DNA of 64,000 bases from Gemmatales bacterium (lineage in GTDB: Bacteria; Planctomycetota; Planctomycetia; Gemmatales; HRBIN36), in contig JBEPZY010000005.1 of the NCBI GenBank assembly GCA_041640595.1, positions 273,160 to 337,159 of the forward strand. The letters run 5' to 3'. Made by a program: the position numbers and the translations under genes. Positions 1 through 10,983 of this stretch are shown here, one piece after another (position 1 is the stretch's first letter; each line of letters begins with the position of its first letter). Under the pieces are notes generated by a model, which did no database searches, was not told the origin of the DNA, and saw only the letters and a list, made by a program, of their open reading frames with translations.

Positions 1-1411
1 CAGCAACGGTCTGGAGCTAAAACAGAAGGTTGCTCCGCCAGTCGCAAACGGGCACTGGCTCCTGGACAAAACGCATGCCGACCCTCAGGCACGCCGGGTA
101 TTGGCTGTATGGCATGACGGCGTGCAGGAACACGTCTTTGCCATAGATTTTCCCGCACCGCGCTGGCGTCTGCCAGGGTTCAAAGAGGGAATGGACGCCG
201 GCTACCTGATCGGTTTGATCATCTTTGCGGTGACGGTGGTCGGCTACACTGCCTATGGTGGATTCTGGGCAGTTACCTGGACGGACGTGCTCGAAGGATT
301 GGTCATGTTGATAGGAGTTGTGGTCATGGCGATGCTGGCTTTGCGTGCCGTTCCACCCTTGGAAACTGCGACCGGTACCCTGACGGGATTGGCAGCCGCC
401 ACCGCACGCTTGCAAACGTTGGATTCCCAATTGACCCAGGCACCCGGACCGGGGCAATTTCTCCCTGGAACTCTGGCCGTGTCGTTTTTCCTGATGTGGT
501 CGCTGATGGGGCCTGCTCAGCCGAGCACGATGGTGCGGCTGATGTCCTTTCGCGACACTGTAAGCTGGCGGCGAGCCCTGTTCCTGATGGCCATTTACTT
601 CAGCATTGTGTACGTTTGTCTTCCGATCATCTTTGTTTGTGCTCGGGCCATTTTTCCGACAGAATACGTCAACCGCATCGGTAGCCGTGGTTCTGCGGAT
701 AGCATCATGCCGGCGATGATTCGCTATCTCACCGCCGATCGCCCCTGGCTGGGCGGATTGTTGCTGGCGGCACCGTATGCGGCCATCATGTCCACCGTGG
801 CTGCTTACTTGCTGACCATCTCCTCCAGTCTGGTGCGCGACCTGCTGCAGCGAAGCCTGGGTCGCGAAATCTCGCGTGGCGTCCTGCGCAGCATCAGCTA
901 TACGACGACGGCCTTGATAGGCGTGGTGGTGTTTATCGGGGCTCTCAATCCGCCGGAGTTCCTGCAATACATCATCGTTTTTACCGGTTCGGGACTGGGC
1001 TGCACTTTTCTGGTGCCCATGCTGATGACGCTGTACTGGCGGCGGGCAACGAAAGTCGGCGTGTTGCTCGCCATGCTTGGCGGTTTCGGCGGAGTGTTCT
1101 TCTGGTACCTGGCCGGCTGGCTCGAAGGGCACGCACAATCGGCTCTGAAACACTATGCCGAGACCCTGGCGCATGCTCAGCACGATGTCGGTGTCGTACC
1201 GCCGCCACCACTTTGGGCCGAATACATTCAGACCTATCTTTCGTGGCTGCCCGGCTGGGGTCGGCCTCGCGTGGATCGCTTCACGCCACTGTATCCGTTC
1301 GGATTCGACCCGCTCGTATGCGGACTGCTCTGTTCGATGGTGGGCGGGGTGCTGGGCAGCTTACTGACCCGACCCGATCCGGAGCTGGTTCGCCGGTATT
1401 TTCCGGATTAG
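1..1411 (+). CDS. Sodium:solute symporter (SSS family, PanF/PutP-like), 5'-partial
   Basis: Frame open from base 2. Motifs YTAYGGFWAVTWTDVLEG and AAPYAAIMSTVAAYLLTISSSLVRDL; many TM segments. Confidence 0.88.
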   Translation, partial: SNGLELKQKVAPPVANGHWLLDKTHADPQARRVLAVWHDGVQEHVFAIDFPAPRWRLPGFKEGMDAGYLIGLIIFAVTVVGYTAYGGFWAVTWTDVLEGLVMLIGVVVMAMLALRAVPPLETATGTLTGLAAATARLQTLDSQLTQAPGPGQFLPGTLAVSFFLMWSLMGPAQPSTMVRLMSFRDTVSWRRALFLMAIYFSIVYVCLPIIFVCARAIFPTEYVNRIGSRGSADSIMPAMIRYLTADRPWLGGLLLAAPYAAIMSTVAAYLLTISSSLVRDLLQRSLGREISRGVLRSISYTTTALIGVVVFIGALNPPEFLQYIIVFTGSGLGCTFLVPMLMTLYWRRATKVGVLLAMLGGFGGVFFWYLAGWLEGHAQSALKHYAETLAHAQHDVGVVPPPPLWAEYIQTYLSWLPGWGRPRVDRFTPLYPFGFDPLVCGLLCSMVGGVLGSLLTRPDPELVRRYFPD

Positions 1412-1809
1412 TCATTAGCTCAGACGCCGGAAACTCAACGAGGGCGATTCGTTGCCAGTACGGTCGCAGTTGGTGATCGCGGCGGTTTCACGATTGCACA
1501 AATCGGGCGACCGCACAAATACTCCGGCAATGTGCTTCGTTGTGGGTGGTGTATCGCGATGCAGTGCCTTGCGGTCGGACGACCAGGCAGCGGTTTGCGC
1601 ATAGCATAACAGTGGCGATGCTGGTGATTGTAGTCCTTGTCGCCAGCGAAACTTTCGTGCCAGCTTCGGCCAGAAACGGCGACCACGACCGGCACCAACA
1701 CCACCAAACGACTGGGTGCTGATAACAACGCCATCAAAGGCTTGCGGAAAACGGGCCTGGTGCATCTGGGCCGAAACAAACGAATCAGGTCGGCACAACG
1801 AGAACAGCC

Positions 1810-2835
1810 ATGCGAGTGGCTTTGACAGGATTTGCGGGAAGCGGAAAAACCACCCTGTTCAGGTGGCTCACCGGGGTCCAGCCTGATACGGCAGCGGGTG
1901 TACGTGGCCAACTCGGTGTAGCTCGCCTGCACGATGAGCGCTTGCAATGGCTGGCGGCACAGGCCCATTCCCGGAAAGTTACCCCTGCGACTCTGGAGTT
2001 TCTCGACGTGCCCGGACTGGTCAGTGAGGATACCAGAGACAATGCCCGTCGTCTGGCCACATTGCGAGAAGCCGATGCATTGCTGCTGGTGCTGGCCACG
2101 TTTCGCGAAGAACCGCTTGCCGAGTATCGCCGGTTGCAGGCCGAACTCACTCTGGCCGATCTGGAAATCGTGAGCAATCGCCTGCAACGGTTGGAAGCCC
2201 TGAGTCGGAAGGGGCGCTCCGCCGCTGAACGCGAGGCAGACGAACGAGAACGCGGACTGTTGTTGCGGTTACAGCAGGCGCTGGAGCAGCAGAACCAGGT
2301 GACGCTTACGCCGGAAGAAAGCAAATTGGTTCGCGCCTTCCAGTTGTTCTCGCTGAAACCGCAAATGGTTCTGCTCAACACCAGCGAGAGTTTACCCGAA
2401 AGCCGCTTGCCTGCGGAGTTGCTTCGTCTCAACCCGCCACCCCTCGCGGTGCCGGTGCAACTGGAGTGGGAACTCAGTCAGTTGCCGGAAGCGGAGCGTG
2501 AATCGTTTGCTCGGGAGTTGGGACTGGAACGTCTTGGGCCGGATGAGGTGCTCAGGCGGATTTTTTACGGTCTGGGACAGATTGTCTTTTTCACGATGAA
2601 TGAGGAAGAATGTCGGGCCTGGCCCATTCGCGCTGGCACACCGGTCGTGCAAGCCGCAGGCACTATCCACAGCGATTTTGAGGCCGGTTTTATTCGCGCT
2701 GAGGTCATCCCGTTTCCGGAATTGCGTAAGTCAGGTTCGCTCAAAGAAGCGAAAGCTCACGGGTTGGTGCGGTTGGAAGGAAAAACCTACACTGTACAGG
2801 ATGGCGATGTCATTTACATCCTGGCCCACCGCTAG
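1810..2835 (+). CDS. ychF: YchF/OLA1-like Obg-family ATPase (DUF933 C-terminus)
   Basis: P-loop GFAGSGKTT, DVPG, C-terminal AGTIHSDFEAGFIRAEV...RLEGKTYTVQDGDVI. Divergent, possibly a paralog. Confidence 0.82.
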   Translation: MRVALTGFAGSGKTTLFRWLTGVQPDTAAGVRGQLGVARLHDERLQWLAAQAHSRKVTPATLEFLDVPGLVSEDTRDNARRLATLREADALLLVLATFREEPLAEYRRLQAELTLADLEIVSNRLQRLEALSRKGRSAAEREADERERGLLLRLQQALEQQNQVTLTPEESKLVRAFQLFSLKPQMVLLNTSESLPESRLPAELLRLNPPPLAVPVQLEWELSQLPEAERESFARELGLERLGPDEVLRRIFYGLGQIVFFTMNEEECRAWPIRAGTPVVQAAGTIHSDFEAGFIRAEVIPFPELRKSGSLKEAKAHGLVRLEGKTYTVQDGDVIYILAHR

Positions 2836-2982
2836 ACCGCAGAACAGCAGCCCAGGTTTGTCAAATTGTTGACACCAATACATTCCAGCATCTCAGTATC
2901 GTGGCCGCACCGCTAAACCAAAGGGCCGCCGTATGCGCTTGTGGAAGCCCTGTCGGCCAGTTTGTTCGCCTGCCACGCGCGC

Positions 2983-3022
2983 AAAAAAGAACCGTGGGCT
3001 TGGGCCCACGGTCGCACTTTTT
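2983..3022 (-). terminator. Intrinsic terminator between convergent ychF and methyltransferase genes, possibly bidirectional
   Basis: Hairpin ACCGTGGGC-TTGG-GCCCACGGT with AAAAAAG on the left (U-tract on the minus strand) and TTTTT on the right. Confidence 0.7.
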
Positions 3023-3158
3023 GTCGAGCAGATTCCAGCGCTCACTGACGCCCAGCGGTTAGCTGAGCCGTAATAGTTTGCCCGCGCTCTTCTGGTTGCA
3101 ATGTGTGTCAGGCAAGCTCAGATGCGAAAGTTGGGGGCTTGCGCCACGTTGCCCCGTG

Positions 3159-3767
3159 CTAGTTGCTCTTGTTTTTCGGCTTGAGCGGGATGGTGTACAG
3201 GTAAATGGTGCGTTCGAAGCCATCGGCATTGACGCGTTCGACCTTGTCCGGTTCATAGCCCGGAATCTCAAAGGAATGCGATACTACGCGCGTACCGGGC
3301 TTCATTTTCTGCAACTGCGGCACCAGCTTTTCGTTGAGCGAAGTGAGCAGGTAAAGGGTAACTACCGTGGGCGGCGGAATTTTATCGTCGATGCCTTTGG
3401 CCAGGTCCAGTGTGAAGATGTCTTTCTGGACGATGGTGACGAGGTTTTCCACACCGTTTTTCTTGACGTTATCGAGGGACTCTTTGACGCGTTGTGGGTC
3501 AATGTCCACGCCCACACCGCGGCAGCCGTATTGCTTGGCAGCGGTGACCACAATTCGCCCGTCACCACAGCCGAGATCGTAAACCACGTCCGCCTTGGTT
3601 ACCTTAGCCAGTTCGAGCATCTTCTCGACTACCGGCTGGGGAGTGGGCACGAAAATCACATCCGGCCGCCGCTCCTGTGCCGAACCGCAACTGAGCAGAG
3701 CCGCTAAGGTGACTGTCAGGCCGGCAATTGCCAGACCAGACATCCCGCGTTGCATCGTCCGTCGCAT
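3159..3767 (-). CDS. Class I SAM-dependent methyltransferase with N-terminal signal or lipoprotein-like segment
   Basis: FVPTP...VVYDLGCGDGRIV...GVGVDID. Start chosen at MRRTM behind GGGAGG RBS. Confidence 0.85.
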   Translation of the reverse strand: MRRTMQRGMSGLAIAGLTVTLAALLSCGSAQERRPDVIFVPTPQPVVEKMLELAKVTKADVVYDLGCGDGRIVVTAAKQYGCRGVGVDIDPQRVKESLDNVKKNGVENLVTIVQKDIFTLDLAKGIDDKIPPPTVVTLYLLTSLNEKLVPQLQKMKPGTRVVSHSFEIPGYEPDKVERVNADGFERTIYLYTIPLKPKNKSN

Positions 3768-3985
3768 GGAAGCACCTCCCTTGTTTGGTTGCCACGACTC
3801 TGCGGCCCCATGCCGCATTAGTTCCTAACATAGCCAATGCGCCGCTTGCCTTCAATATGCCCTGCTGAAAATCTACCTTGCTGGTGATTTTTGCAGCGCC
3901 AATGGGCTGCTCAGGCTGGTTTACAATAAACTGATTGCGCGTGCTGAGATGGAAAGTATCCACCTGGTGGTCGAAGGAGCAGGTC

Positions 3986-4960
3986 ATGGCCGAGTGCACA
4001 CCCCGAATGGCCCGGCGAGAATTTCTGCGAGCCGTAGCGGCGACAGCGACAATGCTCGCCTCGCGATCCGCCCAACCTGGGTTCGGTCAGGAACAATCGC
4101 CGCCCAGAAAACCAACGCAATTTCAGATTGCGTGCATGACTTTGCCTTACAGTGCCTTTCCGTTAGCGCGAGCGTTGCAGGGAATTAAGGCAGCCGGGTA
4201 TCGCTATGTCGCCTGGGGCACCTCGCACAACGAAAACGGCAAAAGTGTTCCGGTGATGCCTGCGGATGCTCCGCCGCAACGCGCACGCGAATTGGCTCAG
4301 CGTTGCCGCGATCTCGGATTGGAACCGGTGATGATGTTTTCTGGCATTTATCCCGATAATCCGAAAGCCTACGAAGTTCTGGCCCGGCGAGTCGAACAAG
4401 CCGCGGCAGCAGGCATTCCACAGGTGCTGACTTTCAGCAGCACCAGTGGCGGAAATCGTCCAGCCTTCATCGAAACCTTGAAGAAGCTCGGGCCGATTTG
4501 CCGCGACCACAACGTCCTGATCGTGGTCAAGCAACATGGCGGACTGACAGCGTCGGGCGAGCTCTGTCTGGGCATTATTCGTGAAGTCGGCCAGGACTGG
4601 ATCAAAATCAATTACGACGCAGGCAACGTAATGGACTACCTGAACATTGATCCGATTCCCGACCTGCGTAAATGCGCTGAGGAAGTGCGGAGTTTTTGCA
4701 TCAAGGATCACCGCAATTTCCCGAAGGACGAAGATTGCGGCCCGGGGTTCGGCGAGATCGATCACTACAAGCTGCTTTACGAGGTGGCCTGGACTGGTCG
4801 GGTGATGCCCCTGTGTTGCGAAAACATCTCTGCCCCACTGTTGCCGCGACCGAAAACTCCTGAAGGTGTGGACGACCTGGCTCGTCGAGCACGCGAGTTT
4901 CTGGAGACCGTGATTGCAGGTCTGCACAGCCTGCCGACCCCGGCTCCGAAGAAGCCCTAA
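3986..4960 (+). CDS. Tat-exported sugar phosphate isomerase/epimerase family (xylose isomerase-like TIM barrel) protein
   Basis: ARREFL Tat motif; NYDAGN, CIKD, GPGFGEID; AAGGAG RBS. Confidence 0.75.
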   Translation: MAECTPRMARREFLRAVAATATMLASRSAQPGFGQEQSPPRKPTQFQIACMTLPYSAFPLARALQGIKAAGYRYVAWGTSHNENGKSVPVMPADAPPQRARELAQRCRDLGLEPVMMFSGIYPDNPKAYEVLARRVEQAAAAGIPQVLTFSSTSGGNRPAFIETLKKLGPICRDHNVLIVVKQHGGLTASGELCLGIIREVGQDWIKINYDAGNVMDYLNIDPIPDLRKCAEEVRSFCIKDHRNFPKDEDCGPGFGEIDHYKLLYEVAWTGRVMPLCCENISAPLLPRPKTPEGVDDLARRAREFLETVIAGLHSLPTPAPKKP

Positions 4961-6585
4961 ACGCGGTAGCCTTGCCACGAACCGTGTGCAAAACGGATCA
5001 AAAAGGCCAGGCCGCGAACGACAAGGTCGCTCACCATCGCCAGCCAGGCACCCAGCAACCCCAGTTGCCAGTCCGGTCCGGTCAACCAGTAAGCCAGAGG
5101 AATCCGTATTCCCAGAAAGCCGACCCAGGTAAACAGCACGGGTACCCGCGTGTCGCCGGCACCACGCAGCGCACCCGTGAAGATAATGCACGAAGCCAGC
5201 ACCGGCATAGCGTAAGCAATGAGCCGCAACACAGGCACGCCCGTGTGAACGATCGGTTCTTGCTCCGGATAAGGGCAGAAGAGACGAAACATCGGTTCGG
5301 CCAGGAGGTAGAAAACCAGGCCCATAACGCACATCACCCCGCAGCCGATTCCGAACGCTGTCCAGCCACTTTTCGCGGCACGCTGCGGACTACCGGCACC
5401 GAGCGACTGTCCTACCATGGTCATGGCCGCGGCAGCAAATGCCCCTCCGGACAGATAGCCCAGCGCTTCCCACTGAATGGCGATTCCGTGAGCGGCACTG
5501 GCGACCATTCCCAGCCGGTTCACGATGCTCAAAAACCATAGTTGCCACACTACTACCGAAAGGCTGTCCACGCCGGCAGGGATACTGACTCGGAGAATGC
5601 GAACCATCAGTTCGGCCTCGATGCGGAAATAACGACGCCGCAAACGCAAGCCAGCCCGCCCGTGTTTCAGTACCAGCAATACTGCCAGTGAACCAAGCAC
5701 CTGACTGCACGCGGTGCCGACTGCGATGCCAACGAATCCCAATTCCGGAAACGGTCCCCAGCCGAGGCAAAATGCCCAGCTGAGTGGTAAGTTGATAATC
5801 GCCACGCCCGACAAAACCCACATTCCGGTTATGGTGTCGCCAGCGCCTGCCAGGCAGGCTAGACCCACGGATTCCACCATCTGCCACGTGAGCGCCAGAA
5901 AGATCGGCCGAAGATACGTTGCTGCATAAATCGCAGCCTCCCCTTGCAGTCGCAAAACCTGTACCAGCCAGTCTGTAATGAGCAGTCCGGCCACGCTCCC
6001 GGCCAGCCCAAAGGCCAAACCCAGCAAGATCGCCTGGTGTGTGGCGCGATTGGCTTGCTCCCATTCTCCCGCGCCAACATGCCGTGCCACCACAGCCGTT
6101 GCACCGACCGATACCAACACAGTGAAACTGCTCAGGAACCAGCTCAGATAACCGGCCGTGGTTTGTGCCGATTGGTAAGCGACCACGCGTAACCGCTGCT
6201 GCTCAGCTTCGCGGATAAGCCAGGCCGCCACCAGTCGCGAACTCAAATCAGGGTGTGCTTGCAATGCCAGCGCCCGGCCGTAGCGGGCCTGATACTCCGC
6301 CCAGTGCGATTCCGACATGCCCAGAAACCTGCCGGCAATCAGCCGATCCGACAGCGATACGGCCAGGGTCAGGAATTGCTGCACCATGACTGGCAAGGCC
6401 AGTGCCAGCGTCCAGCGCCAGAGACTACGCTGGAGCACAGCCAAGCTGGTACTGGATTGTGCGGATGCCGAGTGTTCGGGGAAATCGGAGTCCGATAATG
6501 CCGAGTCTGGCTTCGTCGCGGGGGAATCCTGGCCATCGGCTTGCAGGTTCATAATCGTGCCTTTGCGAGTCTTTACGCTGACCAT
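4957..6585 (-). CDS. MATE family efflux transporter
   Basis: LALPVMVQQ, GAGDT repeated in both halves, SAAHGIA, about 12 TM. Start uncertain. Confidence 0.88.
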   Translation of the reverse strand: MVSVKTRKGTIMNLQADGQDSPATKPDSALSDSDFPEHSASAQSSTSLAVLQRSLWRWTLALALPVMVQQFLTLAVSLSDRLIAGRFLGMSESHWAEYQARYGRALALQAHPDLSSRLVAAWLIREAEQQRLRVVAYQSAQTTAGYLSWFLSSFTVLVSVGATAVVARHVGAGEWEQANRATHQAILLGLAFGLAGSVAGLLITDWLVQVLRLQGEAAIYAATYLRPIFLALTWQMVESVGLACLAGAGDTITGMWVLSGVAIINLPLSWAFCLGWGPFPELGFVGIAVGTACSQVLGSLAVLLVLKHGRAGLRLRRRYFRIEAELMVRILRVSIPAGVDSLSVVVWQLWFLSIVNRLGMVASAAHGIAIQWEALGYLSGGAFAAAAMTMVGQSLGAGSPQRAAKSGWTAFGIGCGVMCVMGLVFYLLAEPMFRLFCPYPEQEPIVHTGVPVLRLIAYAMPVLASCIIFTGALRGAGDTRVPVLFTWVGFLGIRIPLAYWLTGPDWQLGLLGAWLAMVSDLVVRGLAFLIRFAHGSWQGYRV

Positions 6586-6630
6586 GGCAGCATTTTTGGG
6601 CGAGCAACCTTATTGTGCGAGGATGACTCC

Positions 6631-7017
6631 ATGCCCATCAAGACCAAACGCTGGAACGATCCCGTGGAACCGGATGACGGCTTCCGCTTGCTCATCTGCC
6701 GTTACCGACCGCGTGGCGTTTCCAAACAGGAGGAGACGTGGGATGCCTGGTGGCCCGAATTAGGGCCCAGCCGCGAATTGCACGCTGCCTACTGGGGCAA
6801 ACAGGGCCAGCCTATTTCCTGGGCTGAGTACCGCCGCCGCTATCTCGCCGAAATGAAGAAGCAGACCGATCGCTTAAACCAGCTGGTCGAACGGTTGCGA
6901 CACGGGGAAACGATAACGCTTTTGTGTTCGTCGGCGTGCGTCCATGAACAACGGTGCCACCGCTGGCTGCTCAAGCAGTTGCTCGAGAAGATGCTCGCAG
7001 GCAACAAAACCAGTTGA
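6631..7017 (+). CDS. DUF488 / YeaO-like protein
   Basis: DDGFRLLICRYRPRGVSK...WWPELGPSREL...ITLLC...CHR. Confidence 0.85.
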   Translation: MPIKTKRWNDPVEPDDGFRLLICRYRPRGVSKQEETWDAWWPELGPSRELHAAYWGKQGQPISWAEYRRRYLAEMKKQTDRLNQLVERLRHGETITLLCSSACVHEQRCHRWLLKQLLEKMLAGNKTS

Positions 7018-7110
7018 CCGTAGCGACACGACAGCGGCAGTTCTGGCGTGTTAAAGCGTCGCCGAGACTGCATCTTTTCGCATCGGTCAGTTATAGCAGG
7101 TCCGTTCCTG

Positions 7111-9057
7111 CTACGTCGGCTCATTGAATTTGCTTCTGGCAAGCCGACGCATTTTCGGACCAGGTGTGTTGTGTGGGGAAATATGGCCCGGCCAGGTGCT
7201 CGTTCCGGAGATTATGTAAAAGACAAAAAGAATTGCCAGCAACGCACCGAACAGAGCCCCCACAATCGCGTCTGTAGTCGTGCTTCTCGTGAAAGGGCCG
7301 AGAAAAGCAGATCGTGCAGCACCACACGCGGCGCCCAACAACGCCGCGACAACCGGTGCCAGGATTGCCGACCAGCCAAGGTTCACCCACCGGATCGGCC
7401 GTTGCCAGGCCCATTCCGCCAGCATCAACAGTTGCCGGGATTCCCATCCCAGGTAACGGCGTTGCAATGACGGACCGAGTTCGGCCCACAGTTCCACCGG
7501 CAATTGAGGTGTCTGCAAGCCTCGCTCCTTGCGCAAGCGAGACAGCAGCCATTGCAAATCGCGCAACTGGGCGGCGGAGAGTTTTTCCCACATCCGGCTC
7601 TGGAGGCAGCGCAAGCGGGTCAACAGTTGTCGTCGCGTTTCGTGCAGCCTTCGGCGAGCTTCGGCCACCGGACGGAAGGCGCTGGCTGCTTGTTTGACCC
7701 GCGCCAGCCACTGCATGCGTTCCCAGGTCGGCTCGCCGTCGGGCAGCACTTTGAGCAGAGCGCTCGGTGCCTGGTCGGGATTGTGCAAGAGCCGATTCCA
7801 GATCACATCACGTATTCGCGGCGTAATCCCAGCAGGCAAAGGGGCATTTTCGACTTCCTGACGCAGGGAGTCGGCATGCGCTTCCGCTTGCTGCAACCGC
7901 TCCAGACAGGTGCGCAATTGCGGATGCGTTCCACGACGGACCTGCAAAATCGCTTCGCTGATCGCCAGATATTGTTTCTGCAAACTCGCCAGTTTCTCCG
8001 GTAAGTTCGGCAAATCAGCATCCGGAGCGTAATCGCGGGACACTGCTGGCAAAGATATGTCACTCTCGCCCGGAAAATCATTTTCCTGGACGAGTTCCAC
8101 GACCGGAGCCACGCTGAGCCGGGCTACCAGTTCGCGGACAAACGCGCCTGCCGACATGGGTCGCGCTTCGGGGTTGGGCGAGAGAGCGAGGCGGAGCCAG
8201 TCGTGTTCGCATGGCAAAAGTCCTTCGACATGAAAATCGCCTCGCTGTTGCCGCTGCGCGATTTCGTGGGGATCATCTCCGAATGGAGGTCTCCCGGTGC
8301 GCAGGTGGACATAGGTCGCTGCCAGACCGTACACGTCTATAGTCGGATGTAACTGCCGCGGCTGGGCAAATGCTTCCGGCGGTGTGTAACCGAATGTGCC
8401 AGCACCGCTGTGAGAAACAACACTGAGTCCGGCGAGTTTCAATAGTTCCAGGTCGCCCACTTTCACTTGCCCGCCGACCAGGAACAGATTGTGTGGTTTG
8501 ATGTCGCGGTGATAGATGCCGCGAGTGTTGAGAAAATCAATTCCCTCGGCTGCCTGTTCCAGGTAACTGAGCAGTTCGTCCAGAGGCAAACCCTGCTGAC
8601 CTGCCTGCTGATACGCACGCAGACGATCGGCGAGCGTGCCTTCTTCGGCCAGCTCCCAGATGGTCACCAGGTGCCCCAGCACCAGTTCATAGGCGATCAG
8701 CGTCAGCAAATGTGGATGACCGCCCAAACGCAGCAGCAGTTGCACAGCTTCCAGTTGCCGAGCAGCCACGGTGCCGTCGCCATCCACGGGGTCGAGATTG
8801 ATTTTGACCGCACGCGGAATGCCATCTACTTCTTCGCGGTAAACGACAGCAAATCCGCCTCGGCCGATTTCTTCGTTGAGCTTCCAGCCATACTGCTGCC
8901 GCAACGTATCCACTACTGCGGAGAAACCGCGAATGTTGCGACAACCGGGCCACGTTGACGGTGGACTCGCACTGTTTTCACCTGGAATCGAATCCGGACG
9001 AACATCTGGGCGATTAACTCCATCCGGAGAGGAATTCTGCTCGACCTGATCATCCAT
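7111..9057 (-). CDS. Hanks-type serine/threonine protein kinase with helical region and two C-terminal TM helices
   Basis: IGRGGFAVVY, AVK, HRDIKPHN, GTFGYTPPE, DVYGLA. Start at MDDQ behind GGAG. Confidence 0.88.
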   Translation of the reverse strand: MDDQVEQNSSPDGVNRPDVRPDSIPGENSASPPSTWPGCRNIRGFSAVVDTLRQQYGWKLNEEIGRGGFAVVYREEVDGIPRAVKINLDPVDGDGTVAARQLEAVQLLLRLGGHPHLLTLIAYELVLGHLVTIWELAEEGTLADRLRAYQQAGQQGLPLDELLSYLEQAAEGIDFLNTRGIYHRDIKPHNLFLVGGQVKVGDLELLKLAGLSVVSHSGAGTFGYTPPEAFAQPRQLHPTIDVYGLAATYVHLRTGRPPFGDDPHEIAQRQQRGDFHVEGLLPCEHDWLRLALSPNPEARPMSAGAFVRELVARLSVAPVVELVQENDFPGESDISLPAVSRDYAPDADLPNLPEKLASLQKQYLAISEAILQVRRGTHPQLRTCLERLQQAEAHADSLRQEVENAPLPAGITPRIRDVIWNRLLHNPDQAPSALLKVLPDGEPTWERMQWLARVKQAASAFRPVAEARRRLHETRRQLLTRLRCLQSRMWEKLSAAQLRDLQWLLSRLRKERGLQTPQLPVELWAELGPSLQRRYLGWESRQLLMLAEWAWQRPIRWVNLGWSAILAPVVAALLGAACGAARSAFLGPFTRSTTTDAIVGALFGALLAILFVFYIISGTSTWPGHISPHNTPGPKMRRLARSKFNEPT

Positions 9058-9263
9058 AACCAAACTCCGTAGCAATCGCCAGTTCTGGCCGATTCGCTCG
9101 TCCGACCTGGCAGAGAGCCTTTTACCCCGTACGCTCTTCTTGGTGTCATTATACCGCCCGGCCGACAGGATTGCCGCTTCCTGGCCGGCGACTTCGAAGG
9201 CGTAACGTTGGCCGGGAAATGACGCACCTGACACCCTCGCTTCAGGATAGCGCGGGGCGTTAT

Positions 9264-10964
9264 TCAGTAACCGGCGGCGTAACCGTCCTTGCGATATTCA
9301 CTGCCGCCCAGGAGCGTACCGTGTTCCCAATCAATAAGGATGCCCTGATAACCGCCACCATTTCTGGCAACTCGCCGCACTCGGTGACCGCGCCGCTGCA
9401 GTTCTGCCACGACGGTCTCAGGAATCCCTGGTTCGGCCAGTACGGTACCGCCTTGCGGATCGCCAGGCCGACCGGTCGGCGTCGCCGAACCAACATGCTC
9501 GATTCGGGGTGCCTCGCCGGCCGCCTGCACGTCCATGCCGAAATCAATCAGATTCACCAGTATCTGCACCTGCCCTTGCGGTTGCATATCGCCACCCATC
9601 ACGCCAAAGACGAACCACGGTTTTCCATCTCGCGTTACCAGGGCAGGAATGATCGTGTGAAACGGACGTTTGCGCGGTTCGAGCCGATTGGCATGATGTT
9701 CGTCCAGCGCAAATAAGGCACCACGATTCTGCAAGGCGAACCCCAGTTCTCCGGGCACCAATCCCGAACCAAAACCGTAATAATTGCTCTGAATCAGCGA
9801 GACGCAATTGCGGTCTTTATCCACGACGCACAGGTATATAGTGTCGCCCGAACGAAGTTTGGCATCACCAGCGGGAATCTCAGTCAGAGCGCGATCCCGA
9901 CGAATCAACTTGCGGCGGGCATCGGCGTAGGGTTTGGAGATCAACTCCGCCAGCGGGATCCTGGCGAATTCCGGATCGGCGTAATATCGGGCACGGTCGG
10001 CGTAGGCCAGTTTCTTCGCCTCGATGAACAGGTGCCACCAGTCGGCACTGTTCGGTCCCAGCGATTTCAGATCGTAACCCTCCAGAATGTTCAGCATTTG
10101 CAGTACAGCAATCCCCTGGCCCGGCGGAGGCAACTCCCAAACCTGATAACCGCGATACGTGGTGCTGACGGGTTCCACCCATGTGGACGTATGTTCGGCA
10201 AAATCCTGCAGCGTAAACAGTCCGCCGACCCGATCCGAATAGGCGACGATCTCTCGAGCAATGCGACCACGATAAAAAGCGTCCCGACCTTTTTCAGCCA
10301 GTTCGCGGTAGGTTTGCGCCAGGTAGGGATTGCGGAACAGCTCCCCTGTGCGTGGCGCTCGACCATGGGGCAGGAAAGTTTTGCTCGCTTCCGGTGAACG
10401 CTGTAACAACGGCTCCGCGGCCCGCCAGTAACCGGCAATTACCTCCGGCACGGGGAAACCCTGTTCGGCGTAGCGAATGCTCGGTTCGAGGAGTTCGGCG
10501 AGCGTCTTAGTGCCGAATCGTTTGCGCAATTCCTCCCAGCCATCCACGCAACCGGGCACCGACCAGGAAAGCGGTCCTGTTGTCGGAATTTCCTGGTAAC
10601 CGTGCTGTTTGAACCAGGTAATAGTGGCGCGGGCCGGTGCACGACCGCTGGCATTCAAGCCGTAGAGTTTCTGCGTTTTTGCATCCCAGACGATCGCAAA
10701 CAGATCACCACCAATGCCGCACGACATCGGCTCCATCAATCCCATGGCGGCGCTGGTGGCTATTGCGGCATCTACAGCGTTCCCGCCACTTTTGAGGATG
10801 TCGAGGCCAATCTGCACGGCGAGCGGATGGCTGGTGGCCACCATGCCGTTTTTGGCTACCGCTACCGAACGTCCGGATTTCCCGGCGGGAATTGCTGCTC
10901 GTTCTGCCGCCAATAGTACCGTTACAGCGAGCGTCGCTGCGGTCAGTAGCAGGGTCGTTTTCAT
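9264..10964 (-). CDS. ggt: Gamma-glutamyltransferase
   Basis: GGNAVDAAIA, GIGGDLF, DTIYL (nucleophilic Thr), KRPFHTIIP, GVMGG; signal peptide. Confidence 0.93.
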   Translation of the reverse strand: MKTTLLLTAATLAVTVLLAAERAAIPAGKSGRSVAVAKNGMVATSHPLAVQIGLDILKSGGNAVDAAIATSAAMGLMEPMSCGIGGDLFAIVWDAKTQKLYGLNASGRAPARATITWFKQHGYQEIPTTGPLSWSVPGCVDGWEELRKRFGTKTLAELLEPSIRYAEQGFPVPEVIAGYWRAAEPLLQRSPEASKTFLPHGRAPRTGELFRNPYLAQTYRELAEKGRDAFYRGRIAREIVAYSDRVGGLFTLQDFAEHTSTWVEPVSTTYRGYQVWELPPPGQGIAVLQMLNILEGYDLKSLGPNSADWWHLFIEAKKLAYADRARYYADPEFARIPLAELISKPYADARRKLIRRDRALTEIPAGDAKLRSGDTIYLCVVDKDRNCVSLIQSNYYGFGSGLVPGELGFALQNRGALFALDEHHANRLEPRKRPFHTIIPALVTRDGKPWFVFGVMGGDMQPQGQVQILVNLIDFGMDVQAAGEAPRIEHVGSATPTGRPGDPQGGTVLAEPGIPETVVAELQRRGHRVRRVARNGGGYQGILIDWEHGTLLGGSEYRKDGYAAGY

Positions 10965-10983
10965 GGGGGGCACTCTTTCGCAG

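Noticed and set aside
1415..1800. Small ORFs between the symporter and ychF
   Set aside because: No RBS, motif or codon signal strong enough to pick a frame.
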